A DNA stretch of 64,000 nt from Octopus sinensis (GCF_006345805.1 NC_043010.1:45818001-45882000), one strand, 5' to 3'. Counted from the stretch's first letter, positions 1-15,300 are shown. The notes: a model not told the origin generated them from the letters alone. Program-made: numbers and translations.

Positions 1-1103
1 CACATACACATATACAAGTTTCTTTCAGTTTCTGCCTCTCAAGTCCATTCACAAGGCTTTGGTCATCCTGGGGCTATAATAGAAGTCCAAAGTGCCACAC
101 AGTGAGATTGAACCTGGAATCATGTAGTTGGGAAACAAATTTCTTACCACACTGCGACATCTGCATGATTCTTATACATTATCATCACCAATGGTGGTGC
201 ATCAGCATGGCCGCAGCTCTGAGCTGAAACAAGAAAAAGAAAAATATGATTTATTTTAATGCCCACTTTTCCATTCTGACAATAATTAGTTGCAACTGTT
301 ATACAAAACCAGCTAAAAAAGGGAGGCTCAATATTTTTTATAATTTACCCCTTCTCTTGTCTTTCAGTATTGGCTTTTGTTATGAATTAACTTCCATTGC
401 CAATTCATACTGATCAGCTAAAAGACTCAACACATATCATTCTCCATATCTTTGTCATAGTCTCTATAGAAAGAGAAAATATTTGTTTTAGTTTTACAAA
501 GCTTAACTGCAGTTAAATGAGCACATGACAGGAATTAATAGATGTTGATGCTAAGTGTGTGTGCTGTAAGCAAACCATAAGATGCAGTGTTTGATGTCAC
601 TTAATGTGCTATTAATAATATTGTTAAAGAGTAAGGCAGAAAGCTGGCAGACTCATTAGCATGCCAGACAAAATACTACAGTTAAACAAGCACTTAACAG
701 GAATTAATAGAACTATTAGATGCAATGTTTGATATCACATTAATGTGTTGTTAATAATATTGTTAAAAAGTAAGGCAATCAGCTGGCAGATTCATTAGCA
801 TGTCAGGCAAAATGCTTAGCAGCATTTTGTTTCTCTTCACATTCTGAGTTCAAATGCTGTCAAGGTTGACTTAGTCTTTCGTCCTTTTGGAGTCGGTAAA
901 ATAAGTACCCGTTGAACACTGGGGTTGATGTAAGGGGCTTACCCCAGTTCCTTGAACATGCTGGAATTGTACCAAAATTTGAAACAAATAATGTTAAAAA
1001 AAAAACAAGATTTCTTAACTTTTATTCATCTCTGAACCATTCAGTCAATTATTATGTGATATTTTTTTGTTGACGTGTTTTTGTTATCTATCTTTAATTG
1101 CAG

Positions 1104-1171
1104 GTAATGATGCCCATGATTATGACCATAAAGATATTCATGAATTATTTTCAAGAAATCTCCTTAAACGG
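1104..1171 (+). CDS. ADAM exon: prodomain end (G)[22 protein letters not shown]
   Basis: ttgcag|GT...CGG|gtatgt; phase 1 in, phase 0 out; joins the next exon to form KRVRR. Confidence 0.75.
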
Positions 1172-4100
1172 GTATGTTTAGTTGTTATTAAAAGTTTGCA
1201 ACAATAGATATACATACCTTTTTAATCCTTTCCATTTTCAGAAGCTGAAAATCCTTTCAAATTATGAGCTCACATGTTTTTAATATTCTAAATTTATATT
1301 GTTGTTATTCTTGTATATCCCTCTAGCATTTAAACCAGCCTTATGCAGTCAGATCTGACCTCTCTCACCTACCTTACAATGTCATTCTAAAAGTAAACAA
1401 TTACATCATTTGAAATCATGAAGCTACAGTGGTTAATTCAAAACATTGGGAATAAATAAGCATAACATTTGATACAGTCACCTGAATGTTAAAGGGATAT
1501 GCAGCAGTAAATGAAGATATTTCTCTTTCTCTTTTACTTGTTTCAGTCATTTGACTGCAGCCATGCTGGAGCACCGCATTTAGTCGAGCAAATCAACCTC
1601 AGGACTTAATCTTTGGAAGCCTAGTACTTATTCTATCGGTCTCTTTTACCGAATCACTAATGTTAGGGGACATAAACACACTACCATCAGTTGTCATGCG
1701 ATATTGGGGGGACAAACATATACACGTACATATATATATATATATATACATATATATGACAGGCTTCTTTCAGTTTCCGTCTACCAAATCCACTCATAAG
1801 GCTTTGGTTGGCTCGAGGCTATAGTAGAAGACACTTGCCCAAGGTGCCATGTAGTGGGAATGAACCCGGAACCATGTGATTGGTAAGCAAGCTACTTACA
1901 ACACAACCACTCCTGCGCCTATATGAAAAACAATCACAAAATAATAATAGATAACCAAACTATCTTCAATTCAGTTTGTATGCCTGTCCTCACCTGTGGT
2001 CATGAATATTGGGTAATAACCAAAAGAACAAGGTCACAAATACAAGCAGCTGAAATGGGGTTCTTCCAGAGAGTCTCTGGAATAATGTTACTTGACAGGG
2101 TCTGTAGCTCAAAGATTAGAGAACCCCTTCAGGTCAAGATGCTACTTCTCTGCATTGAGAGGTCACAGCTCTAGTACAACAGACAGGCTGTTAGAATGTA
2201 GCAGGAAAGAATTGCAAAACAGATTCTTCAAGCTGAGTCAACTAGTAGGAGACCTAGAGGTAGACAAAAATGAAACATCATCATCACCATTGTCAACATT
2301 TAACGTCTGTTTTTTATGCTGGCATGGGTTGGACAGCTTGATAGTAACTGACAAGGCACCAGTTTCTGTAGTCTGTTTTGGTTTGGTTTCTGTGGCTGGA
2401 TACCCTTCATAATGCCAACCACTGTACAGAGAGTAATGGGTGCTTTTTACGTGGCACCATCACTAGTGCTTTTTATGTGACAGCAGCACCCACATCCATA
2501 GTTTCAGTTCAGTCACACTTTGGAATCCAGCTGGAAAGTATTATAATGGTTGCTTCTGATAGGATCCTATATAGAAGATGCTTTCGGACTTTACCCTCAC
2601 AACCCACCCAAGAATAGTGGGCAGAGAAGATGGATGGAATAATAAATATATTGTTTCGGTTTTCACCTTCAACTCTGAGACAAATGATTAGAGTTTCAAT
2701 TATTGAGATATCAGTCCCTTTGGTAGGATACAAGTTTATTGCAGGTTTTACCCACAAAGTTACTTTAACTCATTACTGCTTGTTGAATAAAACGACTGTC
2801 AACTATACAATGCCCTTCTATTCATGAATTATACATCAAAAAGCTATTTGTTCATAGCAAACAGATTGAGTCATTGAAAATAAACCATCTTTCATTGCAA
2901 CATTTAATACAAAACAAATTACCACCATCTCCAACTGCCACTCTCTTTGGATAATTAATATGATTATATCATATTACATTATATGTGTATATATAAACTC
3001 TTCACTTTCATTTTAAAGTTAATATTCCATATCTTGAAATTTAATGGCTAATTTTCTTCCTTACTATTTTGTACAGGTTCGCCGAAGCATCAGAGGACCA
3101 TATGGGAGCAATAAAGACACAAGATATGTGGAGCTTTATCTTGTTGCTGATAGTGACACAGTAAGTGTTGTTGACACCCTTTGATTTTATGAGTATTTTT
3201 TTTTAATTAATTAATTACCTTTTTTAAAAAAAAAATAACAAAAATAGATGGAATGTAGCTCTGTTATGATATCTAACTGAAACATTATTTGATAGAAGAC
3301 AGATTTCATATTGGAAAAACTCTGTCAGCACAGAGATATGTTGAGTGTTTGACTTGAAGGTTGCACAAATTTAAATCCAGCTACTTTTATATTCCATTAT
3401 ATCCCTCAGCTAGCCACAGTCTACCTTGCAGGAGAATAGCTATGAATCCTACAGTATTTTTCAGTGGTAATTATTTGCTAGATAATCCAAACTTAATTAT
3501 AAATGCTACAATATAATGGGTTTTTTTTTTTTTACAAAAATTCCATAATTAAAACAAATGCTTGAATTTGCAGCCCTTCTCAGTAAATGGTTGCATTTTC
3601 TATTTTTAGAATATTGAGGTATTTCACTATATGTAAATATTGTTTTTGCTATTGTACTTTAGATGTGGAGGTGCGTGGCTTAGTGGTTAGGGTGTCAGCA
3701 CCATTATCGTAAGATTGTGGTTTCGATTCCTGGACTGGGCGACGCGTTGTGTTCTTGAGCAAAACACTTCATTTCATGTTGCTCTAGTCCACTCAGCTGG
3801 CAAAACTGAGTAACGCTGCGATGGACTGGCATCCCATCCAGCTGGGGAACAGAAGCCGGGAAACCAGGCCCATGAGCCTGACTAGGCTTTAAAAGGGTGC
3901 ATTTATTTATTTTATTGTACTTTAGAATTATAATGCTATGTAACTAAAGATAATCACCAGAATACAAGAACACTAGTGTGAGTTTGATTCAACTCATCTG
4001 TTTGTCAATTCAGTAAAAACTAAACATTAGGAATTTTAGGGAATGTTAAGAAGTAGAGTAACCTTAAATTTCAGATAGGGTTGCTCATCTTAGAGATTAC

Positions 4101-7100
4101 TTGCTAGCTGATAAGGGTCTCTACATGGTTGCATAACCTGCTTGATGTAACAAAAAGCCCCTCTTAAATCACCAGCATCTTTAAAGAGAAAAAGGAGGAA
4201 ACATTTAATATTGTAATCTGAGATGAAATGTGTTTGTAAAAACAGAAAGATCATGGCGTGATTTCCTTTGATCATAGGTAAAGCTCAATCAGGACCTTCC
4301 TAGGGTTAAATAACTACAACTACATATTTCTTTTCATGACATACAAACAATTCACCTTGCTTTTTACTTTTCTGTACTATCAATAATTTTTCCTCACTTC
4401 AATGATCCTACTGATTTTTTTCTTTAGTCTATTCCAAGTTAATCGTTGCAAATCTAATACTTCATATTATGACATTCTGAGAATTACTCAAAAATCAAAG
4501 CAAAAAAAAAACCACACATCTACATACACATATACTAGCACACACACACACACACACACACGAGCATAGGACTAATTCTCTGATAGTTTCAAGGTAGACC
4601 TTGAAGAGAGCTGGTGTGTCATTGATGAAGTCTTGAATAGCGATGAAAGGACTTTAGCAAACAAACAACCAATTGATTGTTTAACTAATACATTAAACAA
4701 ATAATTGGTTAGTTTGTTGGTTAATTGATTGAAGGCGGCAAGCTGGCAGAAGCGTTAGCATGCCAGGCGAAATGCTTAGCAGTATTTCATCTGTCTTTAT
4801 GTTCTGAGTTCAAATTCTGCCACGGTCGACTTTGTCTATCATCCTCTCGGAGTCGATAAATTAAGTACCAGTTGTGTGCTGAGGTTGATCTAACTGACTG
4901 GCCCCTTCCTGCCAAATTTCGTGCCTTGTGCCTAGAGTAGAAATGAATAGTTAACTGATTGACTAACAATAAGAAAATGATATTGAACCAGTGTGTGTTT
5001 ATTATTATTGACAAAATGACCCTTCCAAACCACAACATTTGAAAGAACATATCGGGAAACAGTTCACATGTATAATTCATTTTCAGAAAGACAAGAAATT
5101 ATTTATTATGAACTACTGTTGAAATTATTTCATTTTTTAGTTCTTCACTTGACGTATATAATATCTTTTAAAATATTTTCATTTTCAGCACAATCAACAC
5201 AAAGACAAAATGGAAAGAAGATTAATCAATATTGCAAACACAGTGAACATGGTAAGTATTCTTCCATTGTTTGATGTTGATATTATTATATATATTTTGG
5301 TATATTTCTCACATTCAAACAACAGCAACCACTACAAATTGTTTTGTTTGTAACTGAAAGAATTTAAGATGATTCATCTTTACAAATTTGCCTGGGACTG
5401 CGAATAGAGCTAGACATTTGAAATACATACATACACACACATACACATGCACATACAAAATCTGTCTAACAGATGAAAAACAAAAGGTTTCCACAAATTT
5501 GTGGGTATTAGAAATGTTTCAGAGCAAATAGAATGTGTTTGCATTGTGTGTGTGAGAGAGACAGAGATATATTCTAACAGAAAGGACAAAGACAATGAGA
5601 GATTGTCCACATTGTCAAAGCACTCAACTCATTAAATGGGATATTATTTACTCTTTACAAATCAAGTGACAGCAGTAGAGATTAACTTAAGCTTTATACA
5701 TTTAGTGCCTTTGTACTTGTAATATTCCTGTAACCTAGGACCCAGTTATTACCACAAAGATTTCAACTGATTTCTTCTGAAAGTGCCATCTGATTCTATA
5801 ATCTACAGAAGAAAGCAGTCAACTCTCTATCATATCATAATCTCCAAAAGAATGTGTTAAACAGTGGCATATGGTGGTTGTTGTATTAAGTGTGCTGCCA
5901 CACCCAATGAATTTTCCACTTTTGATGGGTGTGCAGCACACACCTAGCACACCTGGAATATACGCCCCTGGTGTTAAACAAGATGTACTCATCATCACCA
6001 TCATTCAGCATCTGTTTTCCATACTGGCATGAGTTAGACAGTTTGAGTGGAACTGGTAATCTGGAGGACTGCACCAGGCTCCAATCTGTTTTGGCTTGGT
6101 TTCTGTGACTGGATGCTCTTCCTAATGCCAACCACTCCACAGAGTGTCACCAGCACAGGTAGATTTCACATGTCACTGGCACAGGTGCCTTTCATATGTC
6201 ACAAGCACAGGTGCCTTTTACATGTCACTGGCACAGGTGCCTTTTTATGTGCCACTGATATGGGTGCCTTTTACATATCACCAGCACAAGTGCCTCTTAC
6301 GTATCACTGGCATGGGTACCTTTTTTGTGTCACCTGTACTGGTTGCAACTACGATTTCACTAAGCTTGATGTGTCTTCTCAAGCCCAGCAAATCCCCAGC
6401 AGCTGTACCCTTTCTTTGGTGGATTCCATAAAGAACCAGTCTATTTATGCAGACTTGTCTTGTTTCTGTTTTAGACATTATAAACTTTTCAAACCAAATA
6501 TGGAGTTGCTGCATAGTCACACAACCTGCTAAAAATTACAGCTAAATTTCCTTCAAATAACACAGCATTTTAGAAAAGAAAGGCACATTAAATTATGTTG
6601 TTCTAGGTGCACTACAACTGACCACAACTAACATGGGGTTAAACACCAACAATGAACTGGTTCTTAGTGATTATCTTTCTTAATAGGAGAATAAAAGTCT
6701 TAGTCAATAAGGGAAGTGCAAAAACAAAGTGAGAAACAAAAGAAGGAAAAGATCAAATTAATAGTATAAAATTAGAGAAAGTAAGAGAATACTGGTAAAG
6801 AAAACAATTCAATGGGAGACGTCTAATTGAGGTCACACTCTTGATTTTTTTGCTGCTGCCACATTAAAAGCACTGGTGCTGATCCCACATAAAAAGCACC
6901 CATTTCACTCTTTAAAGTAGTTGGTGTTAGGAAGGACATCCAGCCATAGAAACCATACCAGAACAGACAATGGAGCCTGGTGCAGCCTCCACACTTAACA
7001 GCTCCTGTCAAACCATCCAAAGTATGCACACACAAGTTAAATGATGGTGATGGTGGTAGTTTCTTCTTTAATGATTTGTGGAAGATAATTTCCGAAGCAC

Positions 7101-9340
7101 AATGGGTGCTGGGATGGAGAAATTGATTGAAAGATTTTAGCTCATCACCATTGTTAGGCTGAACTTTCAGGTCAGCAAATCTTGTTTTTAAATAGTTGCC
7201 TTTGAAATCAAGGCATACAAGTATTTTTATGTAATCATAAGTGAAATGTTTACTGACATAAATAAGTTCTTGCTATTTTCATTTTAGATATATCGGCCCT
7301 TAAATCTTTACATTGGCCTTGTTGGTGTTGAGATTTGGAGAGACCCATCAAATATACCTATTAACATTGAGCGTGGAGATCCTCAGGAAACCCTTACGAG
7401 GTTCTTACATTACCGCCAACAACGAATAAACCCAGTTCAATTGAACGACAATGCACAGTTGCTAGTGTAAGTTATCTTCATTTGTCTAGTTTTTTTTTTC
7501 TATTGCCTTTTTTTTTTATACTTATTTCAGTCATTGGGCTGCAATCATTTCTGGGGCACCACCTTGAAGGGTTTTGGATGAACAGATCAACCCCAGTAAA
7601 CACTTTATTAGAGTCTTTTGATGATATTATGATAGTTTTCAGTTCTGTTTTATGACCATTTTCCTTCTAAAGGTTTCAGTCAAAGGAAGTTGTTTACTTG
7701 GAATTTTAATGATTTCTCTTAGCTTGATTTTAAGTCACTAACCTCTTGATCTTATTACTGCCAACCCATTAGTTTCTTGGGAAGTGAATATTCATTTCTT
7801 TTTTTGCAACTTGATAGCTTGAAAAGAAGGATACAATGTTCCATAATAGTACAAAATACCTTGCCTCTTTCACTAAGGGTCAAGGAATTTTATCTAATCA
7901 ACCATTTTGTTCTCTTATAAAACTAAAGCACTTGAAGAAAGCATAAATGTACTCCCGTTTGCTCCTACTGCACAAACGAGGCTTTCAGTCTATGTAACAA
8001 ATTAACATTGTCCATGTTAAGTATACCTGCTATATCTGATGTGAATAATAAGGGTTTCTTGTCATGCTTGGCACCAAAAGAAAATTCTGTTAACCCTTTT
8101 GATACCAACCAGCCTGCCTGAGGCTGGTCCTGGTTCTGTGATACAAATTTCATGTTTTAAAGTGATCCAAACACCAACTCAGTAAGATATTTTACTAAAT
8201 TCCTCGTTATTTTGAAAATTAATTGAAACAAAGGCAATAGTATTTCGGTGGAAATATAGTAGCAAAAGAATTAATTCGTAATTTCTACAACACTTTTCAG
8301 TAAACTGTCATGGTATCAGTCATTCTCTGACTAGTTTATGGTTGAGCCTGTGGTGGTGGAGATTTCTGTAGTTCTTGGCTCCCAGTCCATATACCTGCTC
8401 ACCACTATCGGGGCAGAGATGGCTGTCCACAGATGTGAGCCCTGCAAGTCAGAGTGGCTATTCCAGCTTATCTCCCTCACCATCCTCTGGGGCAACACCT
8501 TTTCCATTTTGTCTTCTGCAACCACAAGGCAGTCTGAAATGCAGGAAATTGTATGTTCCCCTCCTTATTGTGAAGTTACTTCAACAACTTTGAGAAGCAC
8601 AATGAACCACTAAAGTCTAGCTGTTCTCAACCATTTTTTTTTTTTACCTATGGACTCCTTTAAGTACTATTTTGTTCTGGTGGACCCCCATAGCCATTTG
8701 ATGTTCAAAAACTAGTTTTATAGATACTTCTTTTAAAATTCCTACTTTGTTCATCAGACATTCACTTGAACTATGTAAAACATTAGAGAAGAACCTATCT
8801 GTTACTTACAATAAATACATCTAAAGCAAAATTTTTTCATGGACATATAAAATACTACTGTGGACCCAATTTACTATTTTGCTTATGTGAACCCCTAAAA
8901 ATCTTACACGGACCCTCTCCTCAGGGGTCATATGAACCCTGGTTGATAACCACTGCACTAGACAAAGTATTTGTCTTGTTGGATATTATCTGAGTTATTG
9001 GCCTCCTGATTATGGTTTTGAATTTGGCTAAAAGATTGGCTGTGCAAGGAGCAGCCAACAATAAAACCTTCTGCTCTAACAATTTCATATAAAATGTTGT
9101 AATATTCCATTATTTATGAAATGGGAAATGAATATATATATATATAATGGAGAAATTATACAAAATATATAAATAGAGGATGAGTAAAGCACCGGCACAG
9201 TTTTGATTGATGGACATATCGCGGTATGTAAAACTGAATCAGAAAATCTCTAGTAAGACTATTTTTATTGATGTACCTAGAACGGGTTGAAACGTGTCAT
9301 ACCTAATAAAATATTTTACTCACTCCATCTATTTTATTAA

Positions 9341-9379
<39 letters not shown>

Positions 9380-12300
9380 TAGATAGATAGATAGATACAT
9401 AGATAGGCAGGCAGACAGACACACACACAAACATACATTATGTGGGTGATATTTTCAACCAAGATGTCAGAATTGTATCTGATTCTTCAAGTGCTTCAAT
9501 TCGGTGTATATCCGTTTATTAGATTGATGACATTCATTAATGGTTTTCCTATTGCGTTGATATACCATTTCTATCATTAATAGAACTTTCAGCATTTTTG
9601 ATGACACAGGTATGCTAGTTTCTTTATAATGTATCATTGATTGAAATATAGATTCTAATTTTTTTTTTTTTTTTTTTTTATTACTATTTTACAGAGGTTT
9701 CAAGTTTGCTAATGGCGTTATTGGCAAGGCATCGCAGGGGAAAATATGTATGCATCAATCATCTGGTGGAGTCAATAGTGTAAGTATTCTTTTCCTTATA
9801 TAGCCAAAGGGGGTAGGTACATACAGCAAGTGTTACTAAAACACCTCTAACATATTTCTATTATCATTATCATCATATAGTGTTGACTTTCCTGTGCTTG
9901 CAAGAGTCAGATGAAATTATATAATGTAGGCATAGAGACATTGTCTGAAAATAAGATGGAATGGTCATGGCTGGATTGCTACAAAAATATGTTTGTTTGA
10001 TGAGCAATAATAATTTGTAAAGAACTTTCTTACCTCTGATTTTTAAGCTAAAACTACTCTCTTGCTTCTAGGACCACTTTCATTCTACAGTGGCAAGCGT
10101 AGCTATGACAGTAGCTCATGAACTTGGACACAATTTAGGAATGCTCCATGATCGTGACACCTGTGTCTGCCCAGGAGAATCTACCAAGTGTATCATGGAA
10201 GCAACGAGTGGGTAAGTATCATTTGCTATAGAAGACAAATGAGAAACAAGAAATTAGTTTTGTAATAATTTTTTTTGTTTGTACTCATCTAATTCATAAT
10301 AAAATTAAATAACTACACTTCTTGAATGACTAGTTATCATCCAACTTCTTTATATGTATACATTAACACACTCACATGGAATAGATGTATAAACATACCA
10401 GTGTGTTTCTGTATATTTATTAAAATGTTTATAAGGATTACTTTTCTCAAGGACTTTGTTTCATTTCTTAGGCTATTCAGTATTGATTATGGGCATGTTT
10501 TTGTGGTTGTGTATTGATGATGCTTGAGTGGAGAAGGTTAAAGAAGAGCTAAGTTTGATATCACATGTGAAGGAATGTGTGCAGCTAGACGTAAGATTGA
10601 GGTCATTAATGTACAGAAGAAAGAATTCAGGTGGCATAAACAAACACTGAGACACACCAGAATTGACAAAATCTATGTTAGAGAGAGCTCCATTGATATT
10701 ACGATGGAGTAGTCTGATGAGTAATTCCATTATAAGAAAATAGATGTGGATATTGTCTCATTTGTGGCAACCTTACTTAGAAGCATTCACACCAACAATA
10801 GTGAGGGATATGTGCTTGTGGAGATTTTAAGAACAAGAGACCATCATTACCTGATGTAGGGAAGCTGGTCTCCAATATTTATAAATTGATAGCACCTTTC
10901 AAATACACATTCTAGAGTACAGTCAAGAAAAAGATAGCTGCCTTGGCAGGTTTTTAAACACTACACTGTAGAACTATGCCTTCTCTGCATCTCTTTTCTC
11001 ACGACAACCTTGAAATGGTCTTTGTTCCAGTGAATAATTTAAATTGCATATCACTCCACTTCTAAACCAAATCCATTCTTTTTCCCATCTTACTCCTTTC
11101 ATAATCCCTAAACAAAGCACTTCCTCCTATAGAGCTGCACTCACCTAAAAGTCCCGTGATGCTTCAAGCTAGTAAAGGAGCCTTACATGATTATTTGTTC
11201 TACTTTGAATCTCCTTTAAAATTACACCCTACCATCTTAGAAAAAAAAATGTGGGGAGGGAAACATTGGCTTAATGTAATCCTAGATATTCAATGCTCAA
11301 AACAAAATGTAGAATGATTATAGTTAGAATACCTGATCTGAAGAGACCAACCCAGCTGTTAAATAGAAGAAACATTTATACCTATCTCAATGAATGTTAT
11401 ACAATATCAGTTTTAAGTGTTCATTTCAGAAAATAAATAGTATTTCAAACAAACTTGAAAAACATCTAATTTTTAAAAAATACTAATATTTCCAGTATTT
11501 TTCTGATTTCTATTTAATAGTGATAGAAGCTCTCCAAAATGGTCAAGTTGTTCTAAAGAAGCAATAAAAGAAGCCTTTGAGATGGGCATGGATTATTGTT
11601 TATATAACAAGCCTGAATCCTTGTTTTACACATCATGCGGAAATAACTTTGTTGAAGATCTTGAAGAATGTGATTGTGGATTGCCAGAGGTATGTAAATA
11701 CTATGTCTAATACTATCGTCATCATCATCATCATTTAATGTCTATCTTCCAGACTGGCATGGGTTGGGCACTTTAACAGGATCCGATGAGCCCCTGGGAT
11801 GCATCCTGCTCCTTTATTTGCTTTTGCATGGTTTCTACAGCTGGACACCCTTCCAAACACCAACCACTTTCCAGTTTGTGCTGGGTGCTTTATTCATGCT
11901 ACTAACACTAGTGAGATCACCATACAGCTTGCAAGACTCTGAAAGGACATCCCTTATGTTGCGTGATGAGTAGTACATGTATAAGAAAAGAAGCTAGAGC
12001 AGGACAAGTCTCTCGCTGTAAAAGAGCTACATGGCTTCTCACATTTTAGAAGAGAGGGTAGGAGTGTTCAAGAGGCACAGGAAAGCAACAAAAATAGATA
12101 TCCTTAACACTGACAATTAAATCTGTGTTCATTTATAGCTGATATGTTTGTGTACTTTGAAAAGTGGAAAAACATTTGCAGTAGTAACTGTCTGAGAGAA
12201 AATATTCTCCATATAGACTTTATATATAAAAACATTATTGGCTCTATATGATGTTATTGGACTGTAAGATACGTGTTTCTGTCAGTGGTGTAGCTAGAGT

Positions 12301-15300
12301 GTGTTCTGCCCGGAGCAGCCCTTTAGTCTGTTGCCCCCGAGCCCTCTCAAAAAATACATATTGCACGGTGACTATATCGATTGTTGCATTTAACTGTGAG
12401 TAGTGTCCGTGTCCCAACATTAAAACTACTTTTATATGATTTCAATACAGCCTATACAGGCTTATAGCCAACAGCAGATCCCCAAAGTGCAGCCCAGTGT
12501 GGACCTCCCCCTCCACCACCACCACCACCCACTAACTACGCTAGTGGTTTCTCTGTGGTAAGACTTCGTCAGTTACAGACACTGCTTCAGTTGGTCATAG
12601 CTCAGTAAGAATTGCCATTCTTAGATGTTAACCCTTTAGCATTTAAACTGGTCATATCCTAAACTGGTCAGCCTAAATATTCTACCTGCTTTATGTTCGA
12701 ACTGGCCAGGTCCAGCCTCTCATGCCTACCATAAAATGTCAGTCGAAAAATAAACAATCATATCATCAACATCTCAAAGCCATGAGCTAATGCAAGATAA
12801 ATTCAAGCCAATGCAAATGAATAAGATAGAGTAATTGGAATGCTAAAGGGTTAAACAGTAAGACACACATTTGGTGACATGTGGAAAGCTTTGTCAACTA
12901 TAAGCCCACGAAGTAGTGACAATAAAAATAAAACTACATTTATATATAACATGCTTTTGTACACTCAGATATGGAAAGATGTTTGCTGCTGTTGTCTTAC
13001 TGTTTGATTACATCATTCAAATCTCACCTTGGTGTATTTTTCCACAGGTTGTCATCATCATCATGAACATTTAATGTCCGTTTTCGATGCTGACATGGGT
13101 TAGACAGTTTAACAGGAACTGACAAGGCTAGGAGTCACATCAAATTCCATAGTCTGTTTTGGCTTATTTTCTACAGCTGGATGTCCTTCCTAACACCAAC
13201 CACTTTACAGAGTGTACTGGGTGCTTTTTATGTGGCACCAAACAAAATATTTTCTATAAAATTTGTTCTGTGAGCATCTTTCCTCACTTGAGGTGTACAC
13301 AAGTGCATTAAATATAAATGTACAGTTTTATCTTGAATAATTTGTTGATAAACAAAATGGGATTGATGCTGTCATCAGCACAAACAAGGACACACAGTTG
13401 TAGTCCTATTACACAGTGTTTCTCATAATGGAAACCACCCACTTTCTTCCACCTGTGAGCATTGTAACAGTTGAAAAAAAAAAATGAGGATAAATTGGTA
13501 TGTTTAATAAAATTGAGTTGGTTTCTAACTTTTGTAACTTGTACATTATTTACATTCGATGGATATTTGTCCTCATCTTGTTTGTTGTTAGCACAACGTT
13601 TCAGCTGATATACCCTCCAGTCTTCTTCAGGTGTCTTGGGGTTAGTAGCCCACGCTCTTAACCCCAAGACTCCGAGTTCGATTCCAAGCAGTGATCTGAA
13701 AAATAATGATAATAATAATAATAATAGCATCAAAAAATACCTTAGGAATGAGAACCCAGGTTCAAAATTTTCCCAAGATGCCTGAAGAAGGCTGGAGGGC
13801 CGGCATTGCTCAGATTTGTTTCAACCCTTTAGAATTGAAATTTTTGAAAAGTAAAACTTTTGCATTATGTAGCTTGTTATTCTCTTTAAGTGAACATTTT
13901 TCTGGTTGAAATACACCGAAAAATGACAACACAACAGTAAAAAAAATCGTGAAAAATAGGGATTTTCATAGAAAAAAAGCATCTATTTGATGTAAATTAT
14001 TTTTGGTGTTAACATGGTCTCAAATTTGGTCAACTTGCGCCGCAGGGTCTCGGAGGAGATAGTGTTAGTTGAAGGCTACCAAACCTGCCATACACAGACA
14101 ACTTCAGCTTTATATATATAGAGATTTGTAGAAGTTTAGAAATATGTCATGTCAATGTTATTTTTAAATATTATATTACATTTACTTATTTTATCGCATT
14201 ATAATAAATATTAGTCAAAAAAAAAATAGTGAGTATTAATTAATTACCCATACATTGTATTCATGACCTTGTGAATAAGTTAGAAATCAATATTATTTGT
14301 TTTATTCCACAATGTAACTCATTCTTAACATATTATCCACATCATCATTGTCAAATCTGTGATGATGGGGTGGATGAAAAAGAAAAGGATGTGGATTTCA
14401 TGCTAGTCATAAATTGAATTGATGCTTTGTAATTAATTGATTCTTGAGTTAATTCATACTGAGATCAGCTTTGTCTTTTCTGTGTGTGTGTGTGTGTAAC
14501 AGCAAACCTTATGAAGTTTATGTCTATTTAATTCAGGTATGTGATAACAAATGTTGTGACCCTAACACTTGTAAACTGAAAGGCAATGCTGTATGTGCTA
14601 CAGGGAAATGTTGTAATCTTGATACATGTCAGGTGAGTTATGCATTGCATTATATATATACTTTATGACATGAGAAATGTGAAGTGCTAATTACTCTATA
14701 TTAAATTACTCTGCTGTCAGATTATTATTATTTTTTTATTTTGAATTTCATTTATGTTTTAATTATGCCCATGGAATATGACAGTTCCCATTTTCCTTTT
14801 CGCTCAAACTGCAGAAAGGTTAACAGACTACTTGTTATAAAGAAATTAATCCTTTTGTGATCACATTTCTATTTGATAAACTGCCTAAGTGTCTCAAACT
14901 ATCTTCATTATAAGGAAAATATTGGAGAGGTTTAAGTAAATGTTGTTATAGTTTTGGTATACATAGCACACTACATTTGACTAACTAAAACCCCATGTTA
15001 TGATTAATTTTCTATTAAGATTATCACTTGCATATGAACAAATTTTAATCATTTTAATGTACCCTATTTGAGATGATTGATATTAAGAGAATTAAATGGT
15101 TGATTTTACTTCTCATATGTTGGATAAATAAAATATTTATTCATTCTGACTTAGCATAAATTTGTACTGCATTTTCAGTAAAGACAAAATATAATGAACT
15201 TATAAAGTTTATAGTTTTTGCTTGTCATAGCTTCAATAGGAACTGAAATTAGATTGTAGATTTTCTGGACATTTACCTCTGATACACAGCTCATACATCA

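Noticed and set aside
3664-3745. tRNA gene (also SINE heads at ~31000-31067, ~48980-49050, ~52800-52860)
   Set aside because: A/B boxes are present, but the acceptor stem and cloverleaf do not close and the sequence continues into a shared SINE body.
3161-5188. Missing microexon after ADSDT (protein ~3 aa shorter than ADAM12 here)
   Set aside because: Candidate AG...GT segments (8 nt at 3663, 10 nt at ~4428) do not keep the frame; direct joining is in phase.
10714-10745. Hammerhead-like CTGATGA...GAAAA
   Set aside because: Extra bases before GAAA, no stem III/NUH or stem I; lies at the edge of a LINE fragment.
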